Shown here: positions 9,394 through 18,816 of the stretch, in pieces
How positions within the stretch are numbered: position 1 is the first letter of the stretch
Layout of the letters: the number at the start of each line of letters is the position of its first letter
Assembly (NCBI GenBank): GCA_040394915.1
Contig: JBEBRI010000001.1
Span: forward strand, 51,792 to 115,791
DNA: 64,000 nt
DNA from: Sphingobacterium sp.
Lineage (GTDB): Bacteria; Bacteroidota; Bacteroidia; Sphingobacteriales; Sphingobacteriaceae
Reading direction: 5' to 3'
Notes under the pieces: generated by a model
The model's database searches: none
The model's input: the letters and a program-made list of their open reading frames with translations, nothing else
Told to the model about the DNA's origin: nothing
Program-made: the position numbers and the translations under genes

Positions 9394-10569
9394 ATGATGG
9401 ATTTTGTGAATAAGTATAAACAGGAACTGCTGCAGAATGTTCTTCCGTTTTGGACGAAGAATTCGAACGATAATGAATTTGGAGGATACTTTACCTGTTT
9501 AGATCGCGAAGGTCGCGTTTTTGACACCGATAAGTTTATGTGGTTGCAGGGACGTCAAATTTGGACTATGGCGACAATGTATAACGAAGTGGAGCAAAAT
9601 GCAGAGTGGAAGGCAATGGCAATCCAAGGGGCAGAGTTTATCTTGAAGAATGGAAGAGATGCACAGGGGGATTGGTATTTTGCTTTAGACCGCGCAGGAA
9701 AGCCACTCGTGCAGCCTTACAATATCTTTTCAGATTGCTTCGCAACGATGGGCCTGAGTGCCTTATACAAAATCGAAAACAAAGATGAATATGCGCAGGT
9801 CGCCGTGGATACGTTTAATCGAATTCTAGCGCGTCGTGACAACCCGAAAGGAAAATACAACAAACAGTTCCCGAATACGCGCTCCCTTAAAGGGTTTTCT
9901 TTACCTATGATTCTCAGTAATCTAGCGTTAGAATTAGAACACATCATCGATAAACAAACTGTCGATCGTTTGATCGATGAGGTAATGCATGAAGTGATGG
10001 AGGTGTTTTATCAAAAGGATACCGGGCTGATCATGGAGAGTGTTAATCTGGATGGATCGTTTTCCGATACATTCGAAGGGCGTTTAGTGAACCCAGGCCA
10101 TATTATTGAGGCTATGTGGTTTATGATGGACTTAGCGATACGTAGAGAAGATGGTGAATTGATGAACCGCTGTATCGATATTGCGATCCGTGCGCTAAAC
10201 TATGGATGGGATAACGAGTTTGAAGGGATCCTTTATTTCAAAGATATATTAGATAAGCCACTTCTTCAACTGGAGTGGGATCAGAAATTATGGTGGGTAC
10301 ATCTTGAGGCGCTGGTATGTATGGCAAAGGGATATGCCTATACAGGTCGTCAAGATTGTAAAGAATGGTTTGAGAAGTTGGATAACTATGCATTCAGCAG
10401 ATTTAGCGATTCCGAATTCGGCGAGTGGTACGGATACTTGAATCGTCAAGGAAATCCATTACTGACGCTAAAAGGTGGTAAATGGAAAGGATGCTTTCAC
10501 GTTCCTAGAGCCTTATATAAAATCTATAGTACCTTAGAACAAACAGAGAACGCATTATTCGTTCGATAA
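9394..10569 (+). CDS. N-acylglucosamine 2-epimerase (AGE family)
   Basis: GGYFTCLDR, DKFMWLQGRQ, NPGHIIEAMWF, QKLWWVHLE, KGGKWKGCFHVPR. Confidence 0.92.
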   Translation: MMDFVNKYKQELLQNVLPFWTKNSNDNEFGGYFTCLDREGRVFDTDKFMWLQGRQIWTMATMYNEVEQNAEWKAMAIQGAEFILKNGRDAQGDWYFALDRAGKPLVQPYNIFSDCFATMGLSALYKIENKDEYAQVAVDTFNRILARRDNPKGKYNKQFPNTRSLKGFSLPMILSNLALELEHIIDKQTVDRLIDEVMHEVMEVFYQKDTGLIMESVNLDGSFSDTFEGRLVNPGHIIEAMWFMMDLAIRREDGELMNRCIDIAIRALNYGWDNEFEGILYFKDILDKPLLQLEWDQKLWWVHLEALVCMAKGYAYTGRQDCKEWFEKLDNYAFSRFSDSEFGEWYGYLNRQGNPLLTLKGGKWKGCFHVPRALYKIYSTLEQTENALFVR

Positions 10570-10601
10570 AAATTCCATATTAGTTAAATTAGTTTTCATG
10601 T

Positions 10602-10636
10602 AAACCCTCGATCTCCAGTCGAGGGTTTCTCTTTTT
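10602..10636 (+). terminator. Intrinsic terminator of first PUL
   Basis: AAACCCTCGA-tctccag-TCGAGGGTTT followed by ctcttttt. Confidence 0.8.
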
Positions 10637-10748
10637 ATATAAATCGAATTCAACAAACATAAAGCTTAACCATCGGAGACTATTTCTTTCGATAAAAAAG
10701 GTGTTATATTTGTTTCGATCGAATCAAAATGCCTCGAGAATCCGTCTC

Positions 10749-11672
10749 ATGATTGTACGTAAAAAAGAAAATTGGTTCAGGATGCTATTTATATGGGAAG
10801 GCTCCGTACTCCCCAGGGTATTGCCTCGTTTAATCCTAATTTTTGTACTGTCTGTACTCGTCGTTTACTTCCATGGAACGCTGCTTGATTATAAGGTTCC
10901 CCTGAATCCAGCACCCTTTACATTATTTGGCTTCGTCTTAGCATTGTTTCTAGGCTTTAGAAATAACGCTAGCTACGATCGGTTCTGGGAGGGACGTAAA
11001 CTCTGGGGGGCATTGCTCAACGTTTCTAGGGCGCTTACACGCCAAGTGACTACTTTAACCAATGGATCACTCAGCAAAGAAGAAATGCTCGTCTTCCTAA
11101 ATCTAAACATCGCTTTTATTTATGCCTTGAAACATCAATTACGCCGGAGTGATGCAGGCGCCGATTTGGAAATTCATCTGTCGGAATCACACTTTAAGCG
11201 CGCGAAGGACGCAAAGTATAAGCCAGCCATCATTATGCAAATGATGGGGGAGTGGATACAGGAAATTAGAGCTAAGCAATATATCGATAGTATACAGCAG
11301 GCACGAATTGATGAGAATCTGGATAAGTTATCCGATATTCTTGGCGGTTGTGAACGAATTGTATCGACACCTATTCCTTACAGCTATTCCGTTTTACTTC
11401 ATCGAACCGTTTACATCTATTGTTTCTTGTTACCTTTTGGATTAGTAGATAGCCTAAGTTGGTTCACGCCTTTTATTGTTTGTTTTATCGCCTACACATT
11501 TGTTGCGTTTGAGGCCATTGCGGACGAAATTGAAGAACCTTTCGGAAGTGAAGCCAATGATTTAGCATTAAATACGATGAGTAAGATGATTGAGGAAACG
11601 ACTTTGGAAATGGTGGGACATAAGGCAGCTATCAATCGCGAAGATCATCCCAATTTGAAGATTATAGACTAA
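10749..11672 (+). CDS. Bestrophin-family ion channel
   Basis: FLGFRNNASYDRFWEGRKLWG, GGCERIVSTPIP, EIEEPFG...NDL; ATG at 10749 (MIVRKKENWF) preferred over the GTG at 10701. Confidence 0.9.
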   Translation: MIVRKKENWFRMLFIWEGSVLPRVLPRLILIFVLSVLVVYFHGTLLDYKVPLNPAPFTLFGFVLALFLGFRNNASYDRFWEGRKLWGALLNVSRALTRQVTTLTNGSLSKEEMLVFLNLNIAFIYALKHQLRRSDAGADLEIHLSESHFKRAKDAKYKPAIIMQMMGEWIQEIRAKQYIDSIQQARIDENLDKLSDILGGCERIVSTPIPYSYSVLLHRTVYIYCFLLPFGLVDSLSWFTPFIVCFIAYTFVAFEAIADEIEEPFGSEANDLALNTMSKMIEETTLEMVGHKAAINREDHPNLKIID

Positions 11673-11916
11673 CCATACTTTCTTTTCGCAGACCTATTCT
11701 CAACTTACGCGCTCTGATGTGGGGGCGATCCAGACGCCTTTATATCAAGGCGATATCATTCCTTGTATGTTTACAATGAACCCTGTTACGTTATGCTGTT
11801 GGCGAATTAACCATCGGCGAGCCAAGACAATTTAGCTTCCAATCACCTTTCCTGCGAGCCAACTAAAAAATATTATACGATTCATTTTTTTATTTGAAAA
11901 CCTTGTTTATATTTAC

Positions 11917-11931
11917 ATATGTAATACATAT
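11917..11931. promoter_or_regulatory. Putative FadR/GntR operator ATATGTA-A-TACATAT
   Basis: Perfect 7-1-7 palindrome 40 bp upstream of the aldolase gene; the same arms recur at 18779-18793. Confidence 0.75.
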
Positions 11932-11971
11932 TAATGTATTCGAATAACCAAGAAAAACAAAATACTTATAG

Positions 11972-12871
11972 ATGAATAATAAAACGCAATTTAAAGGGCT
12001 ATGGCCAGCCCTATTTACTCCAGTTTCTGAAAACGAACGACCGAATTTTATACAATTAGAGAAGTTATGTGATACATTAGTAACACAAGGGGTTGATGGC
12101 TTGTATGTGTTGGGATCGACCGGACAAGGAATCTTGTTTCATGATGAAGATAGAAAGCAAGTATTAGAGACGGTTTTGAACGTTGTCAATGGACGTATTC
12201 CAGTGATGGTACAAGTGGGCACATTGGCGACGCGAGATGCTTGCAAGCTTGCTGAACATGCCGCAGAGGTAGGTGCTGCAGCAGTATCTTCCGTCGGCCC
12301 TATCTATTTTGGAGGTGGACCTAAAATGGCCTTACACCATTATACTGAAATAGCCAAAGCCGGACAACTGCCCTTCTTTCCGTATCAGCTAGGGAATAAT
12401 TCTATACCTGGAAATTTCGAGGATTTTATTGCTGCAGTGTTGGAAATCCCATTTATCGAAGGGATGAAATTAACGACGGGGAATATGTTGGAGATCAGTC
12501 GAATCCATAATATCGCGGGAGATAAATTGAAGTTATTCAGCGGAGCAGATGAACTGATTTGTCAAGCGGCTTTATCCGGAACAGTCGGTGCAATTGGTAC
12601 ATTTTACAATCTATGGGGAGCAGAATGTAAATATGTACTTAACCAATTCAAGGCGGGTGATTTCGAACTTGCACGTCGTTTTATGCTAGCGTTTCAGCGT
12701 ACAATTGAATATGTATTGCCGAACATTTGGACCTTCTTACGCGTAGCCATGCAGCAAAAATACCAAATTGACATTGGTAATACCGTTGCGCCTCTGGCCA
12801 AAGGACAAGCGACTTGGGATGCTGAGGAGGTAAGAAAAATAATAAACCAATTAGAGTCTACACTGAAATAA
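11972..12871 (+). CDS. DHDPS/NanA-family class I aldolase (N-acetylneuraminate lyase-like)
   Basis: PALFTP, LGSTGQG, catalytic-type Tyr (FFPYQ), Schiff-base Lys (GMKLTT), SGADE, GAIGTFYN. Confidence 0.85.
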   Translation: MNNKTQFKGLWPALFTPVSENERPNFIQLEKLCDTLVTQGVDGLYVLGSTGQGILFHDEDRKQVLETVLNVVNGRIPVMVQVGTLATRDACKLAEHAAEVGAAAVSSVGPIYFGGGPKMALHHYTEIAKAGQLPFFPYQLGNNSIPGNFEDFIAAVLEIPFIEGMKLTTGNMLEISRIHNIAGDKLKLFSGADELICQAALSGTVGAIGTFYNLWGAECKYVLNQFKAGDFELARRFMLAFQRTIEYVLPNIWTFLRVAMQQKYQIDIGNTVAPLAKGQATWDAEEVRKIINQLESTLK

Positions 12872-12930
12872 ATATCAGCACATAGACCTAATGAAATAAC
12901 CAAAAATAAATAAACTCAAATATATGAATC

Positions 12931-15900
12931 ATGAAAATTAATGAGAAGTTTTACAAAATGACGCTAACTTTTCTGCTAGTGGCATTGGTCAATTTTGCAT
13001 TTGCCCAAAATGCTATCAAGGGAAAAGTGACCGATGAAAGTGGAACACCGCTCTCAGGGGTCACCGTCACTGAAAAAGGAACCAACAACGCCATTTCAAC
13101 TGACGATAGTGGTGCCTTTAATTTAACGGTCAAATCGAATTCCGCAATTTTGGTGTTCAATTATATCGGTAAGCAACTTAAGGAATTGCCTGTCGGAACT
13201 CAATCGACCATCAATGTAATGCTTGCCGACGATAATACCAGTGTAGGTGAAGTAGTCGTAATTGGCTACGGTACCCAGTCTCGAGAAACCTTAACAACCT
13301 CCATTTCGAAACTCGATAAAAAAGTATTGGAGAATGTGCCTTTGGCGAATGTAGCAAGTGCTTTACAAGGAACCCTACCAGGTGTTCGCGTTCAAAGTAC
13401 GTCGGGACAACCTGGTGCCGCTCCACGTGTTATCGTACGCGGCGGAACTTCAATTAATAATCCCAATGGTGCCACACCTCTATACATCGTCGATGGAATC
13501 TTGCGCTCAGATATCAACAATATTAATGCAAATGATATCGAGTCACTTCAGGTGTTAAAGGATGCAGCCTCGACAGCAATATATGGTGCTCGTGGTGCTA
13601 ATGGAGTTGTCTTGGTGACAACAAAATCGGGTAAAGAAGGAAGAGTACAAGTTGACTATGGTTTTGATCGCGGATTCTCTAATGTGCAGAAAAAGTTTGA
13701 CCTACTTGGCGGTCGTGATTATATTTACTTCCAACGCTTAGGGATTGCTGCACGTGCAAACCAAGATCCTACGCAGTTGACCAAGCTTGGCTTAGCAACG
13801 AGCGGTGGTGCAGGGAATGATTTAACCAATAAAACAGCCTTTACAACGCAATATTTATCCGATGCAAATAAGCATAAGTTAAATGAGGGTTGGGAAAGCA
13901 TGCCAGATCCAATCGATCCATCGAGAACGATTATTTTTAAAAGTACCGATTATCAAGATGTACTTTTTAATACAGGTAATACCAACAACCACAACCTATC
14001 GTTCGCTGGCGGAAGTGAAAAAGCGAAGTTTAATCTAGGAATGGGCTATTTAGACAATGAGGGGATTGCGCTAGATACCGATTACAAAAGACTATCTGTA
14101 AACTTAAATGGTGAAGTACAAGCTGCCGAAAACTTGACGGTATTTGGACGTTTGCTTTATTCTAATATGCGCAATAAGTCCGTATTCGGTACAGAAAACA
14201 ATATGTTCGGCCGTTCATTAGCCTTGCCTCCGGTTGCTAAATATACTTTTGAAGACGGATCTTTAGCACCAGGGATTGGTAGTACAATTGGTAACCCAGA
14301 ATACTACTTAGGTAAGATTGATTCCAAGAATAGCAATGACAACTTAACGATTTCTGTTGGTGGTAAATGGGATATTCTTCCAGGATTGGACTTTGCTCCG
14401 CAGTTTTCGCTATACCAAGTAACAACAGATAATAGATTCTTCCAACAAGCCTACTACAATGGGGTAAGTACATATGTAGATGCTCGCGACGCGAGTGCTG
14501 GTTTTACGAAGCTGCAACAACACCAGGCGGATGGAGTATTTACTTATAAAACGAATATCCATGAAAAACACGATATCGAAGCAAAAGTAGGTTTTTCGTA
14601 TTTCCAAAATGTAAACTCTAGCATTGCTGCCGCAGGCCGTAAAGCTGCGACAGATTTAATTCCAACATTAAATGGATCCGCAGAGGCTGTATCTGTCAAC
14701 GGAACAGAAACGCAAATGCGAATCATTGGTTACTTTACCAGAATAAACTATAATTATTTGCAGAAATATTTACTTTCTTTCAATTTGCGTTATGATGGCG
14801 CTTCCAATTTAGGAAACACCAAATGGGGATTCTTTCCAGGTGTCTCCGCCGGATGGAACGTACATAACGAACCGTTTTGGTCTGATATCAAGAACACCAT
14901 GTCACAATTTAAGCTTAGAGCAAGTTATGGGGTGAATGGAAATATTGGTGCATTAGGCCCGTATGATGCGCAAGGACAATATTCGGTCGGGCAACGTTAT
15001 GCTGGCTCGGCAGCGATTATGAACGCGACACTCGCCAATCCTGAACTGACCTGGGAAGAGTCGAAAACATTAAACTTTGGTACAGACATGGGCTTCTTTA
15101 ATGGAAGATTAAACCTGATGGTCGATGTTTATCGTCGTGTGACTGACAACTTATTAACCAGCATGTCATTGCCACATTCGACCGGTTTTGCTAGTATATT
15201 AACCAACCTTGGAAGCTTAGAAAATAGAGGTGTCGAGTTGGAATTAACCGCTGGCATCTTACGGAATAGCTCACCTTTGCGTTGGGATGTTTCGTTAAAC
15301 ACTGCCCATGTCAAAAACAAAATCAAGAGTTTACCGAGCAATGGTGTTGAGTTTAATCGTATTGGCGGAGATTATGTTTACGTACCGTCAAAAGGAGATT
15401 ATGCCTGGGTTGGTGGTTTACAGGAAGGTGGAAAACCAGGTGATTTATATGCTTATCATCAGCTCGGAATTTATGCAACTGATGAGGAAGCCGCAAAAGG
15501 ACCAAAAGACCTGATGGTGCCATTAACGGATAAAACTAAATTTGGGGGTGATGTAAATTGGGAAGATTTAGATGGAAATGGAGAGATTGATTCTCGTGAC
15601 CGTGTTTTTGTTGGAAATATATATCCAACATGGACGGGTGGTTTTACCAACTCATTTGCCTATAAGAATGTAGGTCTATCCGTGCGCATGGACTACACTA
15701 CGGGACATACTATTTACAACTATACTTTAGCAACAAGTGTAGGTCAATTTCAAGGCGAGAACGGTTTATCAACCATCGTATTAAATTCTTGGCAGAAGCA
15801 AGGTGATGTAACGGATGTACCCCGAGTGTATTGGGCAGATCAACAGGCGCGCAGTAATATTTTTCGCGGAAACTCCTACTATTATGAGAAGGGGGATTAT

Positions 15901-16110
15901 CTAGCCTTACGTGAGGTAACCTTAAGCTATTCCTTGCCCGAGTCGTTAATTGCGCCATTGAAAATCAGTCAATTGCGATTTAATGTAACCGGATCTAACC
16001 TTCATTATTTCACCAAGTATAGAGGCTTAAATCCAGAAGAAGGTGGAACGGATAACGGTCGTTATCCAATTCCAAGAACAATCGTTATCGGTGCTAATTT
16101 GACATTTTAA
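12931..16110 (+). CDS. susC: SusC/RagA TonB-dependent transporter
   Basis: N-terminal CarboxypepD-like domain, VVVIGYG, PLYIVDG, LKDAASTAIYGARGANGVVLVTTK, C-terminal YP.PRT...GANLTF. Confidence 0.95.
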   Translation: MKINEKFYKMTLTFLLVALVNFAFAQNAIKGKVTDESGTPLSGVTVTEKGTNNAISTDDSGAFNLTVKSNSAILVFNYIGKQLKELPVGTQSTINVMLADDNTSVGEVVVIGYGTQSRETLTTSISKLDKKVLENVPLANVASALQGTLPGVRVQSTSGQPGAAPRVIVRGGTSINNPNGATPLYIVDGILRSDINNINANDIESLQVLKDAASTAIYGARGANGVVLVTTKSGKEGRVQVDYGFDRGFSNVQKKFDLLGGRDYIYFQRLGIAARANQDPTQLTKLGLATSGGAGNDLTNKTAFTTQYLSDANKHKLNEGWESMPDPIDPSRTIIFKSTDYQDVLFNTGNTNNHNLSFAGGSEKAKFNLGMGYLDNEGIALDTDYKRLSVNLNGEVQAAENLTVFGRLLYSNMRNKSVFGTENNMFGRSLALPPVAKYTFEDGSLAPGIGSTIGNPEYYLGKIDSKNSNDNLTISVGGKWDILPGLDFAPQFSLYQVTTDNRFFQQAYYNGVSTYVDARDASAGFTKLQQHQADGVFTYKTNIHEKHDIEAKVGFSYFQNVNSSIAAAGRKAATDLIPTLNGSAEAVSVNGTETQMRIIGYFTRINYNYLQKYLLSFNLRYDGASNLGNTKWGFFPGVSAGWNVHNEPFWSDIKNTMSQFKLRASYGVNGNIGALGPYDAQGQYSVGQRYAGSAAIMNATLANPELTWEESKTLNFGTDMGFFNGRLNLMVDVYRRVTDNLLTSMSLPHSTGFASILTNLGSLENRGVELELTAGILRNSSPLRWDVSLNTAHVKNKIKSLPSNGVEFNRIGGDYVYVPSKGDYAWVGGLQEGGKPGDLYAYHQLGIYATDEEAAKGPKDLMVPLTDKTKFGGDVNWEDLDGNGEIDSRDRVFVGNIYPTWTGGFTNSFAYKNVGLSVRMDYTTGHTIYNYTLATSVGQFQGENGLSTIVLNSWQKQGDVTDVPRVYWADQQARSNIFRGNSYYYEKGDYLALREVTLSYSLPESLIAPLKISQLRFNVTGSNLHYFTKYRGLNPEEGGTDNGRYPIPRTIVIGANLTF

Positions 16111-16120
16111 GATTAAGACT

Positions 16121-17632
16121 ATGAAGATGAAAGTGAAAAATCTAGTAACATATAGTGCTGTGCTATTGATGTCAATGGCTTCATGCACAAAAACTTTAGA
16201 ATTGGATCCCGTTAGTCAAATTTCTAACCAATCCTTTTGGAAATCCGAAGCCGACGTTAGCGGCGCATTGAATGGTATGTACGTTCGCTTACGTGGACAA
16301 GCAATCGGCAACTTGTTCGCCTGGGGTGAACTGCGCGCAGAAACAATGGACCGTAGTCTCGCGGGTGCTGCAGGTTTGCAAGTGTTCTATTACAATGAGT
16401 TAGACCGTGCCAATGTAGGAACTGCTGCCGGCAACGGAATGGTTAATTCAACTTGGCAAGGGATGTATACGGTCATTCACGATGCCAACTTATTGTTAAA
16501 ATTCGCGCCAGGTATTACATATTCTTCTGAAGCAGCTAAAAATCAAGTGCTAGCAGAAGCCTATACCATGCGTGCCTACGCTTATTTTGTTTTGACCAAA
16601 ACTTGGGGAGCATTGCCTATTGTTACGGATCCAACAGAGGGGTATAAGCCCGAAGTGATTATGAAAGAGCGCTCCTCGAAAGAAGAAGTCATGAAGCTCA
16701 TCAAATCGGATATCGAAGCCGCCTTGAATTTGTATCCAAATTCGAATTTCAAAACCGGTAGGAACATGTGGTCGAAACCCGCTACGTATGCGTTGAAAGC
16801 CGAAGTGAACTTGTGGACCGGAAAAACAATGGGCGGAGGTGCGAATGATTTCCAAGCAGCCTTGACCTCGATTGCAGAAATCGAAAAGAGCGACGTGGCT
16901 TTATTAGACAATTACGCTTCCGTTTTCGATTATGAAAACAAAGGGAATAAAGAAGTGTTGATGGCCGTTCGCTTCCAAGACTTGGAAGCCGGAGATAATA
17001 TTTTTGCCAATATTTATATGTCTGGTGCGTATATGACTTCCTCGGCAGATCAAGCCTCGAAAGACAAATTGGGCGTACTTGGCGGACTGCCCATCATGTC
17101 AATGAGTCAACTCGTACGCAATCAGTTTACACTCGATGATCAACGTCGCGATGCGACCTTCATTGAAATTAACATTCCCAAAGCGGGTGGCGGAACCGAA
17201 GTCTTTGCTTCGGCTGTATCAAAATTTAGTGGAACCGTAATCGGAGGTAATCGTCGTTTTATTGATGATATTATACTTTTCCGTTATGCTGATGTTTTAC
17301 TAATGAAGGCAGAAGCGCAAAATGCTTTAAATCAGGATCCAACGGAAGCCATCAATAAAGTGCGTAAAAGAGCTTATGGAGCGAACTATAGCAATCATAT
17401 CTATGTACATAGCTCGGCCTCGGCTGCCAATGATGCCATTTTAAAAGAAAGATTGTTGGAACTCGCCGTAGAAGGAAAACGTTGGTGGGATTTGATACGT
17501 TTCGACAAAGCCTTTGATCTGGTGCCTTCGCTGCAAGCGAAGAAAGGCAAAGACTACTTAAAATTGTTCCCGATTTCGGAAACAACGTTAAGTTTGGAAC
17601 CTAAAATTCAACAAAACGAAGGTTATTTATAG
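16121..17632 (+). CDS. susD: SusD/RagB substrate-binding lipoprotein
   Basis: Lipobox MASC; AEAYTMRAYAYF, FRYADVLLMKAEA, ERLLELAVEGKRWWDLIR, QNEGY. Confidence 0.95.
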   Translation: MKMKVKNLVTYSAVLLMSMASCTKTLELDPVSQISNQSFWKSEADVSGALNGMYVRLRGQAIGNLFAWGELRAETMDRSLAGAAGLQVFYYNELDRANVGTAAGNGMVNSTWQGMYTVIHDANLLLKFAPGITYSSEAAKNQVLAEAYTMRAYAYFVLTKTWGALPIVTDPTEGYKPEVIMKERSSKEEVMKLIKSDIEAALNLYPNSNFKTGRNMWSKPATYALKAEVNLWTGKTMGGGANDFQAALTSIAEIEKSDVALLDNYASVFDYENKGNKEVLMAVRFQDLEAGDNIFANIYMSGAYMTSSADQASKDKLGVLGGLPIMSMSQLVRNQFTLDDQRRDATFIEINIPKAGGGTEVFASAVSKFSGTVIGGNRRFIDDIILFRYADVLLMKAEAQNALNQDPTEAINKVRKRAYGANYSNHIYVHSSASAANDAILKERLLELAVEGKRWWDLIRFDKAFDLVPSLQAKKGKDYLKLFPISETTLSLEPKIQQNEGYL

Positions 17633-17657
17633 TATATTTTCCATTGATTTTTTAGAG

Positions 17658-17685
17658 AAAGCCGCTAGCAATAGCGGCTTTTTTC
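17658..17685 (+). terminator. Intrinsic terminator after susD
   Basis: AAAGCCGCTA-gcaa-TAGCGGCTTT followed by TTT. Confidence 0.85.
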
Positions 17686-17787
17686 GTCAGCTCTTCAAGT
17701 CTTCATTCCAATTGAATTTATCAGGTACAGCATCGCCCCTTCCGCTGAGCACAAACGGACCTAAGACCTTCTGACTTACAAATAAAG

Positions 17788-17831
17788 GGTTAAGCTACGA
17801 CTAAGCTAGGTCTAAAGTAGGCTTCAAGTCT
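17788..17831. repeat. Degenerate 11-bp tandem repeat (3-4 units)
   Basis: ggttaagctac / gactaagctag / gtctaaagtag / gcttcaagtct; a related unit atctgagctag at 17839-17849. Confidence 0.55.
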
Positions 17832-17882
17832 AAGGCCAATCTGAGCTAGGCGAAAGGGGGAGAGCGACGAAAAGCTGAATAG

Positions 17883-17910
17883 AAAAGGGGATGCGTTTAA
17901 AGCATCCCCT
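17883..17910 (-). terminator. Intrinsic terminator of the FadR/GntR gene
   Basis: AGGGGATGC-gtttaaa-GCATCCCCT with an A tract on its left (U tract on the minus strand). Confidence 0.75.
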
Positions 17911-17938
17911 GTATCCTTTATATCAATAGCCTGTTGGA

Positions 17939-18628
17939 CTATTTGATTTGTTCGAAATATTGGATTAAGTGTTTGTACATGCCCTGTCTAAATTCCTCGA
18001 CAGTACCATCCTTCAAAATTTTAATTAAGACTTTGTGCGAAACATAATCTGCAGTCTGCTCCTGACTTCGAATATGTAAGGTGTTTTTCATGTAATCGAA
18101 TACAGGCATCAAAATACGCTGAAAACGTTCTATTGTATGGTTTCCGGAAATCTTATAGAGCGTACTGTGGAACTCAATATCGAGTTTTAAAGATTCATTG
18201 ATTGTTTTTGCATTCGCTTCTTTTTCGACGATTTCTTCTAATTTCTTGATGCTATCATCGCTCTTACGGACAAACAATAAATCGACAATCCCCATCTCAA
18301 TGACCAAACGTAATTCAAAAAAATCCTGCATCGTTTCCTGATTGAGCAATCGAGGATTCATCACGACATTCATGTTTTGTAAGACGTCAGGCTCCGTCAT
18401 TACCATACCTCTGTTCTTCTTAGATTCGATAAGCCCCAAAGTTTTAAAGCGTGTTAATGCTTCGCGCATTGCTGTACGACTGACGCCCATTGCTTCGGCA
18501 AGTTCGATTTCTTTCGGGATGGAATCTCCAGGCAAGAAGTTCTCATTTCGAAAATAATCGTGCAAGTTCATCTCGATTCGGTCGACTTGCGTCATGTTTT
18601 CAATCGGTTTTATCCCCTGTAGTTTCAT
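17939..18628 (-). CDS. FadR/GntR-family transcriptional regulator (FCD domain)
   Basis: PGDSIPKEIELAEAMGVSRTAMREAL wHTH; ELRLVIE, DIEFH, H-containing FCD. Confidence 0.92.
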   Translation of the reverse strand: MKLQGIKPIENMTQVDRIEMNLHDYFRNENFLPGDSIPKEIELAEAMGVSRTAMREALTRFKTLGLIESKKNRGMVMTEPDVLQNMNVVMNPRLLNQETMQDFFELRLVIEMGIVDLLFVRKSDDSIKKLEEIVEKEANAKTINESLKLDIEFHSTLYKISGNHTIERFQRILMPVFDYMKNTLHIRSQEQTADYVSHKVLIKILKDGTVEEFRQGMYKHLIQYFEQIK

Positions 18629-18778
18629 TTTGAGAAATTGTTAATGTCTTGCTTGCAAATATAAGTAATACTTATTTTAAATCTTCTGTTTTTTTATGGA
18701 CAGAAACCTACGTTTATAATCAATTTTTTTTACAAAAAGGTTTGCGAACTAACAAAATATTCCCTAGTTTAGATTTTA

Positions 18779-18793
18779 ATATGTAGTACATAT
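18779..18793. promoter_or_regulatory. Putative FadR/GntR operator ATATGTA-G-TACATAT
   Basis: Perfect 7-1-7 palindrome just downstream of a Bacteroidota-like promoter (TTTG 18741-18744, 21-nt spacer, TAGTTTAG 18766-18773). Confidence 0.75.
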
Positions 18794-18816
18794 CTACAAT
18801 AACCAAATAGATCATT

